64,000 nt of DNA, from positions 41,418,001 through 41,482,000 of the forward strand of contig CM059432.1 of the NCBI GenBank assembly GCA_030390025.1, given 5' to 3'. Shown in pieces: positions 12,575 to 24,897 of the stretch (position 1 is the stretch's first letter; every line of letters begins with the position of its first letter). Made by a program: the position numbers and the translations under genes. The notes beneath the pieces were generated by a model. The model worked only from the letters and a program-made list of their open reading frames with translations. It was not told the DNA's origin and did no database searches. Source of the DNA: Squalus acanthias (lineage: Eukaryota).

Positions 12575-13554
12575 TGTGTCTCAATCAGGTTTTGAAAATG
12601 TTTCTAGTTATCATTTCTCTGTAGTTGCTAATTCAGAGGCTTAATATCTGGGCATGTTAAGACAAGCATTCTAAGGAGGGATGATTTAAGCATGCAACAC
12701 TATCCTTTATAATCTTGCCTAGGCTAACAGACTACTCCTATCAGTTCTTTGCCTTTAATCATACTGATCTGCAATCACTCTAGTTGTATGTGTGAGGCAT
12801 TTTTTCTGTGTCGCACTCTTCACCACTTACAGCTGTCACCGAGAACTCAGTCTGGTCCATTTAGTTCAAAGTCAAACAAAATTAAGTAATTGCGTTTTAT
12901 TGTATGGTATAAGATTGAGAAATTACCCAAAAATTTAATTTGAAAGTGGTTGTATTGGTCTGTGTGAGTCAGTAACTCCTAAAGTTTGAGAAAGTTAAAG
13001 TAAGCAAATACAAAAGATAAGGGGAAAACAAATACAAATGCTGGAAATCTGGGGCTAGAGATTCGGCTCCATAGCACCCGATTTCTCGACGCTACAGGTG
13101 CCGTTTTGTGATGAAAATGGCGTCCGTGGCACGCGTGCACACTTCTGGTGCGTGCCACACTGGACGCCATCTTGGTGAGGGCGGGGGCTAGGAGAGTACG
13201 CCGGAAGTATGTTGAGTAGGTAGATTGTGACGTTAATCAGCGTGCAAATCTGATTTGACGCCAGCGCTACCATTTTCATCTTCAATGTTGGAGCTAACAC
13301 CCTGTCTTAACCTCATACAGCTGAACTTGCGTTCAGCAGCAGCAAGGACCACCCACCAGCAATATTTAAAGGGATCAGCAACCACTCTAAGGTTGGTTGC
13401 TGATTAATTTCTACAACCTTGTGTAAGTTTCTGGAAGTGTTTGGAGCTTTCCAGAGATGTTTAAAGTTAGTGAGGTGACAGGGAGTGGTGCTGCAAGTGA
13501 AGAAGGCCTTGGTTCCAACTTCAAGAGTTCTGGTCAGACCACTTGCTCCCAGTC

Positions 13555-14310
13555 ATGGGTGCTCTAGTTTTCATCCCCCTTGGCCTGCAGCATGACAGGG
13601 AGATGGAGCAGAGGCAGCGAAGAAGAGGATAAGCTGCTCACAGAGGGAGGAGGAGGAGGGCTCTCAGCAGGAGGCCTTACTCATGTAGGGTCTTCCGAGA
13701 GCAATTCTCTTACCTTAGCCTGAGCAAGGAGCAGTGTGTGAGGCGTCTGCGCTTTACGAAGAAGGTTCTCACAGAACTCTGCCACCTCTTTCAACCAGAC
13801 CTGCAGCCTCACACCAGGGCAAGGACAGCGCTGCCAGTGGCTGCGAAGATGACCGTCACCCTGAATTTCATCTCGTTGGGATCATTCCAGGCTGGAGCAG
13901 GCGACATCTGTAACATCTCGCGGTTTGCCGTCCACTGCTGCATAAGAGAGGTGACAGACGCTGTTTATGCCAGGAGAGGGGACTTCATTGTCTTCTCTCT
14001 GACCAGAGAGAAGCAGGCAGAGCATAAACTCGGCTTTGCCAGGATAGTGGACTTCCCCATGATGCAGGGCGCCATCGACTGCATACATGTAGTTTTGCGG
14101 GTGCCGCTTCTAAATACCGAGTAGTACCGCAACCACAAAGGTTACCACTCGCTGAATGTACAGTTGATATGCAACTATGCTCAGCACAGCATGATGGTGA
14201 ATGACTGGTATCCTGGCAGCAGTCATAATGCTTTTATTCTGTGCTAGTCCGCTGTTCCCTCAGTCTTTGAGCTACCACGACAAACCAGAGGGTGGTTACT
14301 GGGCGACAAG
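13555..14310 (+). pseudogene. Harbinger transposase, truncated after GDK
   Basis: MGALV start, GAIDCIH, YPGSSHNAFI, WLLGDK; several in-frame stops. Confidence 0.9.
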
Positions 14311-14425
14311 TGGCAGCACAACAGACTTGGATTGTAAAAAGGGCTCAGTCCCATTTTTGAATATACTTCTATCTTTGTGAGTTTTGTATTCATCAAGGAG
14401 AAGAATCTTACTGCTTCCAACTTGG

Positions 14426-15945
14426 AGGACAGATTGCTGGTCTGCAGTGACACCCTGCAACCCCCTTTCCACACTCGTAAACGCAGCCATGATAGCAGCA
14501 GTCTGAGCTTGCATGACTGCAGTCTGAGCTTCCACTGCAGCACTCAGATGCTGGGTGTCTTGTGTTTGTACTACAATGGAAGCTGAGACAACAGCCATCT
14601 GACGCTGAATCATGGTTGGGTCCACAAGTGTACTTATGGAGTTGCCCATCACTTCCATGCTGGAAATCATGGACTCCAAGCTCTGCACAAAGCCTTGTCC
14701 AAGGTTGGTGCTGGACTCCTCCATAATCCTTGACATTGCACTGAGGCTTTCTTGCAGGCCTGCCACTCCACTAAGCATTTTGATGTGTATACCCATCAGC
14801 GTTCTTCTGTAGGCCGCCCCATCGAAGTCCTCATCGGAGTCCTGTGCAGCAGAACTCGACCTCCGGGGATCTGGCACCTGCGCTACCCTTTCCCCATGTC
14901 CTGGCTGCAGCCCACTCGTGCCCGGTGAGTCACCACATGCAGATCCCACCTCTAAGCTACCCTCTAAACTCTGCGCAGTGCCAGTATATGAGCTGGAGGC
15001 TGCGAGTGTCAGAACGAGTGATGGCATTTCTTCTTCATCATCACTCTCCTCTCCCTCTTCTTCTTGCACTACTGGCTGGGCAGGTTGTATTTCTTGGCTC
15101 TCTGAAATGAGAAAGGCACAAGGGTAGGGTTGTGGTGAGGGGAGGGGGTGGGGGGAAGTAAGCGGGGCATGCTTACACCATGTGCAGCTTATTAATCAGA
15201 AGAGATTGTGGGATGAGGGGGAAGTGGGATGCCAGAAGGAGGATTACGTATGAGGATACCGACATCTTGTATCCTTTCAGCCCCACCGCTGGCCACTGGC
15301 TCAGCGATGCCCCTCCCAATAATGGCCAGCACCGTCTCCTCCATGGGGGTCAGGTTTTGCAGGAGCACCTGTCCTCGCCGGTTAGGTTGTGTGGGCGCCA
15401 GTTGTGTGCCACCTTTTCCTGCAAGAGAAAGGGAAGTGTGTCAGTGAGTATAGTGCAATGTGTTTGGATGATATGCCAGTCATGGTTGAATAGCTGACAG
15501 TGTGTACAAGCTGTGAGATGTGGGTGTGAGGCTTGCAACAGTGGTAATTGTGTGAGGGTGAGGTGAAACTATGAATGTGAGGTATGAGTCGTGTTTGGTA
15601 GAGATTGTTGGTAGGTGAGTGATGGGGGTGTGGTGCATTGAGCAGTGTGTGAAGCTAATGGTGTAGATGGTGGGTTATGGCATTTGAAGATGAATTCACT
15701 GACCCTCACCACTTATGTGAGGTCATTAAAATTCTTCCTGCGCTGCGTCCAGGTCCTCAGGGCTAAACTGCTTCATCCACCACAGCGGCTATCTGCTCCC
15801 AATGGGCTTTACACATTTGCCTGGAGGGCCTCCTGGCCCCCTGTAGAAACATTACCACTCTTTCGAGTTGTCCTCCTGCACCAAGGCCTTCAGTGCTGCA
15901 TCGGAGAACCTTGTAGTGCACTCTTTCCCCAGTCGTGATATCATC
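14426..15945 (-). pseudogene. Harbinger Myb/SANT-like gene remnant
   Basis: RFSDAALKALV, RKNFNDL, EKVAHN and SSAAQDSDEDFDG segments are homologous to 8898-10792. Confidence 0.8.
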
Positions 15946-18895
15946 GCTTTTTTTTTGCTGCTCTGACTCTCTTCCCCAGCCAGTTCAATGAGCTGCTGCA
16001 GGCAGAATGCACCTCCCCTTTAAAAGGTGCAGATTGGCTTTCAGTAGTGCAGGCTAGTTTTAAGTGGTGCGCGCACGAACTTGGGCCCCCTGCTGAGCGC
16101 TCAGCCACTCAGCAGGGCGCTGAGCATTGGATTGAACCCTGCAATCATGCTAATCAGCAGGCAGCACGAAGTTCGGGTGCTGCCTGCATTCCTTTGAACG
16201 GGCACGCGGTGACCGTGCATCGTGATCCCCGCGCCTGTTTTCGGGGGCAAACTAATTTCTAGGCCCTGAAATATTAAAAGAAAAATAAATATGCAGTCCG
16301 CCATCAGATGTGAGAAAACATCAAATTAACATATAGGAAGAAGCCCCAACCCTAAATATACCTATCTCCAGTATTTTCTGCTTTTTAAATTTGATTTTCC
16401 TTGTGAAAAACGTATATACATATATTTAATGAAGTCGCTGTACACTTTGTCATATTATACTTACAGAGGAATATATTGGTACATTGGGATAGGCACATTT
16501 TTTGAGAATCAGTATAATTTGTTGACGGTCTCTTTGGTTTGGCTGGGTCATGAGTATTGATTGTCTTAAAAGTTTGGTGATGGTCTATGTAGGGGGTGGT
16601 GTGTTCGGGGTCAGCCTCACCTCTGACTCAGTGAGCGGTTCGAATCGCTCCCACGCCCCTGGTTCTAGACCTTGGACTTATTTAAGGGTTGTGAATAAAG
16701 GTGCAGTAGACAACAGGTTTGATGAAAGAACTTTGACCTTTATTCAAGGAAGTAAAACACAACACAAAGGGGTAGAAATTAGGTCGCGCCCCATTTGGGG
16801 CGCAAATATCGTCCGGACGCAAATATTAGCGCCTGGCGCTAATTATCGGCACTGACAGGAAACTTCACTTTTACCGCCCCGGGAGGTGAGTGGAGCGCTA
16901 AAGCAGGCGCTGCACACCTCTCTTAAGGCGTAAAGGCCGAGCAGTGAGGCGCTAACTCGGAGCGCTGGCGAAGCTCATGTAATGTCAGTCAGCAATGGAA
17001 CACACACACAATGGCACGGGCCAGTTCTTAAAGGGGATGGTTAATCTTGCTTTCCATCCACATCCTGTTCATTGCTGCCTTGAATCTCGGCCTGGAGAGA
17101 CTTGCACATCAAATGTGCTGGAAAGAACAATGGAGCGTACCAGGCAAAGAGCTCAGAGTGCAGCTCCCACAGTCTCTGCTAAATCGATACAAGGAATGGC
17201 AAATCAAAATGAACCTGCAAAGTGCTGCTCAGTACCCAAAACTCCTTCACACAACGTTGAATCTCTCCAGAAGTCTCTCCCTCTCTCTCTCAGAATGCGT
17301 AGTTCAAAAATGCCACCAACAATAAAAGACAGGAAGAGGCCCCCTTTAAATAGCGCCCCCCCCCAGCCCCACAGCGATTTCGAGTTGTCCTCCTGCACCA
17401 AGGCCTTCAGTGCTGCATCGGAGAACCTTGTAGTGCACTCTTTCCCCAGTCGTGATATCATCGCTTTTTTTTTGCTGCTCTGACTCTCTTCCCCAGCCAG
17501 TTCAATGAGCTGCTGCAGGCAGAATGCACCTCCCCTTTAAAAGGTGCAGATTGGCTTTCAGTAGTGCAGGCTAGTTTTAAGTGGTGCGCGCACGAACTTG
17601 GGCCCCCTGCTGAGCGCTCAGCCACTCAGCAGGGCGCTGAGCATTGGATTGAACCCTGCAATCATGCTAATCAGCAGGCAGCACGAAGTTCGGGTGCTGC
17701 CTGCATTCCTTTGAACGGGCACGCGGTGACCGTGCATCGTGATCCCCGCGCCTGTTTTCGGGGGCAAACTAATTTCTAGGCCCTGAAATATTAAAAGAAA
17801 AATAAATATGCAGTCCGCCATCAGATGTGAGAAAACATCAAATTAACATATAGGAAGAAGCCCCAACCCTAAATATACCTATCTCCAGTATTTTCTGCTT
17901 TTTAAATTTGATTTTCCTTGTGAAAAACGTATATACATATATTTAATGAAGTCGCTGTACACTTTGTCATATTATACTTACAGAGGAATATATTGGTACA
18001 TTGGGATAGGCACATTTTTTGAGAATCAGTATAATTTGTTGACGGTCTCTTTGGTTTGGCTGGGTCATGAGTATTGATTGTCTTAAAAGTTTGGTGATGG
18101 TCTATGTAGGGGGTGGTGTGTTCGGGGTCAGCCTCACCTCTGACTCAGTGAGCGGTTCGAATCGCTCCCACGCCCCTGGTTCTAGACCTTGGACTTATTT
18201 AAGGGTTGTGAATAAAGGTGCAGTAGACAACAGGTTTGATGAAAGAACTTTGACCTTTATTCAAGGAAGTAAAACACAACACAAAGGGGTAGAAATTAGG
18301 TCGCGCCCCATTTGGGGCGCAAATATCGTCCGGACGCAAATATTAGCGCCTGGCGCTAATTATCGGCACTGACAGGAAACTTCACTTTTACCGCCCCGGG
18401 AGGTGAGTGGAGCGCTAAAGCAGGCGCTGCACACCTCTCTTAAGGCGTAAAGGCCGAGCAGTGAGGCGCTAACTCGGAGCGCTGGCGAAGCTCATGTAAT
18501 GTCAGTCAGCAATGGAACACACACACAATGGCACGGGCCAGTTCTTAAAGGGGATGGTTAATCTTGCTTTCCATCCACATCCTGTTCATTGCTGCCTTGA
18601 ATCTCGGCCTGGAGAGACTTGCACATCAAATGTGCTGGAAAGAACAATGGAGCGTACCAGGCAAAGAGCTCAGAGTGCAGCTCCCACAGTCTCTGCTAAA
18701 TCGATACAAGGAATGGCAAATCAAAATGAACCTGCAAAGTGCTGCTCAGTACCCAAAACTCCTTCACACAACGTTGAATCTCTCCAGAAGTCTCTCCCTC
18801 TCTCTCTCAGAATGCGTAGTTCAAAAATGCCACCAACAATAAAAGACAGGAAGAGGCCCCCTTTAAATAGCGCCCCCCCCCCAGCCCCACAGCGA
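15861..18895. repeat. Tandem duplication, 1517-bp unit (15861-17377 and 17378-18895)
   Basis: Identical ORF sets offset by 1517 nt; the only difference I noticed is a C-run of 9 vs 10; TT microhomology at the junction. Confidence 0.95.
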
Positions 18896-20240
18896 TTGAT
18901 AGCGTTCCAGTCTTCTGGTCGTTGGAAGCGCCAGGCGGTAAGGCAGGGGGCGCCACTCAATTTCCGCTACGGGGCGCCACAAGGCGTTGCACCATGGAAT
19001 GACGTCACAATCTGCGCGCGCAGGTGGTCGCAGCGGTAAGTTTTAGCGCCGCCGCACAATCTCAAGTTAAGTTCTCGAGCGGCGCAAACATCGCTGCGCC
19101 CGGGCGTTAGCGGCTTTGCGCCCCATTAGCGCCCTCTTAAGGCGCTAACGGGAGGCGCAACCAAGTGAATTTTTACCCCAAACACTCTTATCACTCTAAA
19201 AGTGGGGAACACTTCGGTACAAGCAAGGGAAATAACATTAGGAGAATACTTCACCCCTCCCAATCCCACTTCACTAGCTAGGTTGGACTCTGGAGAACCA
19301 GGGATAATGCTCACCAAACGAATCCTTGACAGTTGAGAGTTAGGGTTTAGAGTCTTTTGAGTAAAAGGTATCATAAGGCCCTTGTTGCCGCGAGGTGTCC
19401 GATGGTCACTGAGGCAGTCGCTCTGGTTTCTTCTTGCGTGTCGGTCTGCTTGTGAAGTTGTTGGCCTTCTTTGTTGAACTTCTTGCTGTAACTCCGCCTC
19501 TGTTTAAACTGTCTTCTTCCGAGCTGTGGAACTGCCTTCTTGCAGAACTGTGGAAACTGCCTTCTGCCTGCTTCTGTAACTGCCGCCCCTGACTTCTGTT
19601 CAACACAGGCTTTGAATTCTGTTGAACTTGAACTCCCTTCTTACTGAACTGTCGTAACTGCTTGATGGGCCTTCAATTATACTAAATTGAAGTGGCCTTG
19701 TCAAAACCAAATCCAATCCTGGTCATTGTAAGACCTCGTTAACAGTAACAACTTTACTAGCATGTTAACTGGTTTTGTAAATGTGTGAAGTAGTTCTCCA
19801 TCCTGTCGATCTGTTGTTTAATCGGAGTTTGCATTGTCCTCGTGTTTTGGGTTTCTTGACTGGGCCTGGGGATTTTCAAAAAGTGTCTTGAATTATTCAA
19901 TTTTGGATGTGTTGTGAGGTTTTGGGTGAGGTTCTTCCTCCTGCCTGGATTGCAGTGCAAACAAATTCCAGACAGCTTGACCCCAAAAGCTGTCCACTGC
20001 CTCGCCACACCCCTTCACAGCCTGTCTTGTGTCTGTGAAAGGTGTTTTTCCCCATAGTCATTTTCAAAAGTCATTTTTCCTCAGGGTTTTTCTTCCCTGA
20101 TCTTTAAAATGTCCAAAACTGAGGTTTTTACCTCAAATCACTTCACTTAGGTCTCATCATCCCAAATTCGTAGGAAGAATCCAAAAATCACCCCTTTTAG
20201 GGTTCTATACGAGTTTCTGGGGAATTTTGCGAAGCTTACA
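16520..20240 (-). mobile_element. Long solo-LTR-like element (intact copy 18037-20240, ~1.3 kb without its MITE; left part duplicated at 16520)
   Basis: TG...CA ends (tgttgacgg / gaagcttaca), flanks aatt/catt (imperfect TSD), AATAAA on - (ctttattc), internal short tandem repeats ~19450-19660. Confidence 0.55.
18286..19179. mobile_element. Harbinger deletion-derivative MITE (partial duplicate at 16769-17377; relative at 37029-37911)
   Basis: TIR ggggtagaaatt / aatttttacccc, TSD AAA. Confidence 0.85.
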
Positions 20241-20993
20241 CATTGTATGATTTGGGGACTTCTTCTTTGTGGTGCCTCAGGAGAGGGTTGTCAGTTTGAG
20301 GCTCCCATCTCACTTTCTTGAGCAGTGGTCTGGGTCATTGAGGGAGGTGTTTGGTCATGTTGGCTTGATAATTCCCAAGTTCTAAGCCGAGCCCATACAT
20401 CACTCTTTCTGATTGGCATGTGTCCTACAAATTCCCATACTGCCACATTGGGGGAATGCATCATCTTACAGCTAGCTGTGGCAGTTGTGCTAGCCTGCAT
20501 GTTGCTAGTGATATTTGCATCCCAATGGGTAGACCCAGCAGGCATGGGCTTGGATATGCAGGGGTTGTGAAGTCTGTGGTCATTCGGTCATCTGCCAAGA
20601 ATGGCTGAATAAGAAGGGCAGGAACAGAACAAGTGCAGCAATCCCTCCAGTATTCATTCCCTCAAACTAGATATGGGGTGTGGTACGCTTGAAATATTAT
20701 TCTGCTAGTTGTGAGGATGTGAGTCCATATTTTTCTTTTGTTAATTTGTTCTCAGGATATGGGTGACCCTGGTAAGGTCGTATTTATTGCTCATCCCACG
20801 TTGCCCTGATTGTCGCTCTTAAGCCTCTCTGTGACTTTCTCTGTTGCAGGCTCCCAGTATGTTGTGTGCTGCCCAGTGTAAAGGCATGTGATGATATCAG
20901 CTCTTGCACCCAAAGCACCACATTGATTTTGGCATTTAATATATTATTGGTCGAATACACATTTTATATGGTTCTCTTTGTTTCCCTCCCCAG

Positions 20994-21110
20994 TTAAAGT
21001 CTGCAAGTGCACAAACGCAAACGAGTGCTTCATTGCTATAGAAGGTGAAACTGGATCATCAAAAGTAGGTCTTGCAGTTGGAATACTGCTTGGGACCTTT
21101 GCTGTTATAG
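20994..21110 (+). CDS. CDH17: Cadherin-17-like penultimate coding exon (membrane-proximal Cys region and start of transmembrane helix)
   Basis: Polypyrimidine-CAG acceptor and GTAGGT donor; (V)KVCKCTNANECFIAIEGETGSSKVGLAVGILLGTFAVI resembles the CDH17 VTFCSC...VGMAVGILL segment. Confidence 0.85.
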
Positions 21111-21235
21111 GTAGGTGCAGACCAAGAACCAAGCTGCAGGCCTAATATGAGCTTCTGTGGCAAAAGTGTAATTTAAATTTTTTTTCTAGAGAAGTGACTT
21201 AAATAATAACATTTATTCACAAAATGTTCCCATAG

Positions 21236-21339
21236 GTTTGATCCTCGCAGTGGTCTTTATAAAAATGAAGCACAATAAAAATGGAAAAGGCAATAACACA
21301 GGGACTAAAGCAGAAGGTATGCCTCTGGCTAAACGATAA
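21236..21339 (+). CDS. CDH17: Cadherin-17-like last coding exon (end of TM and short cytoplasmic tail)
   Basis: CATAG acceptor, phase-compatible with the previous exon; GLILAVVFIKMKHNKNGKGNNTGTKAEGMPLAKR*; ILAVVFI and a very short tail fit 7D cadherins, closer to CDH17 than CDH16. Confidence 0.85.
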
Positions 21340-21825
21340 TACCAGAAACTTGAATATCTACTACACCCGAAGGAAATTATTTCACAGGGTCAACTTTGCA
21401 GTCTTCTGAAGATCCTTTTCCAAATTCTTCCAGGAATTATTCTTTTTATTGAGTGACGAAAGTTTTGAGTACAATTTAATTTGGTGTTGATTTTACCAGG
21501 CACATTTATTTATAACTGGAATTTTACAGAACCCTTAAAAAATTTAGACGGATGTGTGCTTCGAGTGTGTTCATTACATTCTATTGTGCTGTTAAAAGTA
21601 CTGTATAATATTTGGAATGTCATTCATCACTCTCACTTTCTAGAACTTTAATTTGTATCTTATTTTGAGCAAACGTGACTATTTTTGGAGTTTTTTTGTT
21701 AGGATAGAAGATCTGTTTGATTTGAAAAAAATTGAATTTGCAATTAAAATTTGATTTCTGCCAATTTGCAAATGTTTCTTGCCAAAATTACAGTAATGGT
21801 TATTTTATTATTTTATTTGCTAGTT

Positions 21826-21831
21826 AATAAA
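21826..21831 (+). terminator. Candidate polyadenylation signal of the cadherin gene
   Basis: AATAAA ~490 nt after the stop codon, preceded by a U-rich 3'UTR. Confidence 0.55.
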
Positions 21832-22189
21832 GTCTGTAAAAAGGGATGAAATTGGGTGAGTGCAAGTCAAGCCAATCATATAGAACAAGCTAGTGTACTC
21901 TCTGCAATTGTCAAAGGGACACTGTCTTCATGAATTACATTTTGGCATCCAAAATGAAAGGGCCAAGATTTTCAATATTTTTTTTAAATGCCTTGGCCTT
22001 AAGCCAGTTAGTTTATACCTGAACTTTTGTTTAATGAGTGAGAAGAGCTATGCATCATTTCTGTTTTGATGAAGTCACATGTCAGTGATGCAATGATACA
22101 GTTTGACCTGATTCTCATTATTGTGTTTCATGTTTGTTAAGAAAAATATTGATAAATACTTCTTTATGACTACAGTGGACCTTTGAATA

Positions 22190-22560
22190 TTCTGATAGGT
22201 CAGCAGTGCTGAGTTAGGTGAGCTCAGCCAGAGCAGTGATACAAACACTGTGCATGGCATAAGCACCTCTGGGGTAAGGAGCAGAAAAATTAGCCAGGAT
22301 TCTCGCTCCTGAGAACTATCCAGTGACCTCTGCTGCAAAATGGTCATGTGTGAACAGCAGTTGAGGACATGGTTGGGCTTGGCTGTGATGCTGTCCATGG
22401 TGAACAGCCTGACAGCACTCACTGTCTAGGCTCGCACACGAAGAATGCTCCTGCGCAAAATATTGGATGGCTGATGGAGCTGTATCCCGACAAGCGTCAG
22501 TGCCTTCAGGAAAAGAGGAGAGAACAGGAAAGAGAATTAGGTGGGTTGGGGGAGAAATAG
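22190..22560 (+). mobile_element. LF-SINE-like ancient SINE
   Basis: gtgctgagttag...aaaaattagccagg...ggcttggctgtgatgc...cactcactgtctaggctc...gtcagtgccttcagg matches the LF-SINE body as I recall it. Confidence 0.75.
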
Positions 22561-23649
22561 TTGCTGTAAATACACAGCTTCAGTAACACTCCAGATAGAT
22601 AGACTGTTTGCTGGAATCGTTTGTGTTCCAAGGATACCTTTCTTCTCGTATTCTTTCTGGCTCTTCATGTCAATGAAGGTGCTGTGTAAATAAGATTTAT
22701 GTTTGAATGATGATGGTTTTTGTGCCAGTTGTTTTTAAGTATCTTTCCACTATGTTAATATTGAACTGAAATGTTCATGGCACAAAACGAACAATGCTTA
22801 TGATGCTTCTGCTACAACCCGAGAGGACAAGTTTTTAAGAAAAAGATGAATGCAATTCCTTTATAATCTGGTGTGATCGTGCTTGAGGTGGCAGTAGATA
22901 TATTGCTGATTTTGCTTGTGGAAATGATGTTTTTGGCCTCAAAGTGTTTTCTTCTTACTTGCTGTATGTGTTACTTTTAATGTGCAAACATCTGCCAAGC
23001 TGACTTCTTGTGCTGCAGTGGTCATTTTCTTCTGCCCATGACATTCTTGTGGGACTCCTTATTACTGGTGCTCAGGGATGACTGGCAATACTGATCATTA
23101 ATAGTACAGTGCCAGGAATATCATGCTCCTGGACCTGGCTACTGGAATGACTAGTTTGTTAGAAATTACTTAAACATGTATTTTTTTTTATACCATGGTA
23201 TAATACCATTTTTGAACTTCTCTAAACTTACAGAAACCCCGTGAGATGAACCAACAGAATAGGGCCTCATCTGTCTGGTTGTCAAATTAGCAGATTTAGC
23301 TTCAAGTCAGAGAGAAAACCTTATTATAACGTTTTATCAAGCTGCATACAACATCTCAAAGCTGATGCAAACAATCACAGTACAATGTCAGCACAGAACC
23401 TTCTTGTGCGGAATATTTATCTTTTGTGGGGGTAAATATTCTGCGAGATGTGCATTTGAAATATTTTGAATGTGACATTTTCCAAATTGTGGATTGCTCT
23501 TGAGGATTATAGTGCTAAGATATTGCAGTGTTGCCCTGAGAGAGATTGAGGTGGGGTTGAGTGTGTTTGTAACACTCAATTAAAAGTGTGCCAGCTAAAT
23601 AATGCATTAGCTTTTGCACTGCAGCTATTAGAAATCATAGGAACATAAT

Positions 23650-24392
23650 GGCCCAGAAATTAAACACCGAGTGTTCACGCGGGGGTAAGGCTTCCCCGCG
23701 ATATCTCACTCCGCGCCTACCTTTTTCCTCCGGGCCCACACAAACTTTAGTTTCAAGGCTGCAGCTGTGCCGTGCTTGCGTGACCCAGAGACGCAATTAG
23801 TTCGTGTGAGCTCTGGGATCACGTGATTCAGTTAGAGCCAATGGCAGCACACCATCTTTCATTCATAGTTTTGACAGCAAGGGCTGTCAAAGCTATGAAT
23901 ACTATACCCCCCCAAAAGAACAGCTAAACCTCAATTAAATAAAAAAAAAGCCATCACATTAATAAAATAAGTATAGTTAAATAAATTAACCACTTTAAAC
24001 AAAAAATTAAATTTTTGAAAAAATTTAAAATCTTTTTAAAAGTTATAAAAATAAACTTACCTTTCTTTAAAGTCTCTAAAAAAGATAAACCTGTTGAAAT
24101 GTTTTTAAAATAATACTTAATTAACTACTTACCTTGTTAAAAGAGGGTCTTACGCCTCCTTTCTTTATGTGTAAAATCTTCCATGCTTACCTGCGCGTTC
24201 AAAGCACTAAGTGCACTGCGTGTGCGCAGCCTGTAGTGGGCACGCGGTTCACTTAGGAACCGCCCCCTTTTGAATTCACGAAGTGCCGGTTTCCCGCGCA
24301 TGCGCAGTGCATGCTGGAAACCGGCAATTGGAGACCTAAAACGCGAGAGTACACAGTGCGTACTCTCGCGTATTAGGTCTAATTTTCGGGCT
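23650..24392 (+). mobile_element. Harbinger-type MITE family A, copy 1
   Basis: Highly similar to 49278-50028; TIR ggcccagaaatt / aattttcgggct; flanks aat/att. Confidence 0.9.
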
Positions 24393-24549
24393 ATTATATA
24401 ACTGCATTGTACCCAGAATCACATTTAGCTTGTCTGAATGTTATAATAATTAATTGCATGGAAATAGTCCCCAATATCCAACATTAAATAACTAGAAAAC
24501 CATTGCTTGTCTTTTTTTTCTTGTAGGGTTGAATCAAGGTAAATGTACC

Positions 24550-24760
24550 TGTTGCTCCCCTATTGGTTCAGTAGGTGATGTGGCATTAAACTATATGGAC
24601 CAGGAAGGTTCCTGTTACAATCTGTAGTCTGTGCTGTTAGTGGATCTTAGTCAGGATGATAATAGGGCCTTTCTAATGGGCTCAGCATAGCTGGTCTTGG
24701 GAGGGAGAAAATTAGTCAGGATTTCAACGTCCAGTGACTTGGGATCAGCTAAATCAGCAA
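24550..24760 (+). mobile_element. LF-SINE-like fragment
   Basis: gaccaggaaggttcc...tctgtgctgttag...gggagggagaaaattagtcagg is similar to the copies at 22190 and 27857. Confidence 0.55.
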
Positions 24761-24897
24761 ACACAGGTGACCTTTTGGTCAGGATACCTCACCTAAGCAG
24801 CGAAGCAGCTGAACCATTGGAGGAGTGCAGATGAAAGACTAAATGCTGAAATGCAAGTACAGCACTTTGAAGTCAGATTGCTTCTATATATATTTAG

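Larger units (their letters stand above)
13052..16265 (+). mobile_element. Second Harbinger family member, internally deleted
   Basis: TIR gggctagagatt / aatttctaggcc, TSD CTG; transposase remnant on + and Myb-gene remnant on - with the same intron layout as 7062-11126. Confidence 0.9.

Noticed and set aside
16995..19039. Repeated 118-175 aa ORFs (MEHTHNGTG...; also 37257-37613) as a gene family
   Set aside because: Lie inside MITE copies, antisense to a transposase 5' remnant; repetition is due to TE copies and the tandem duplication
20835..20885. Extra cadherin exon after ttctctgttgcag
   Set aside because: The expected phase reaches TAA within about ten codons and shows no cadherin similarity
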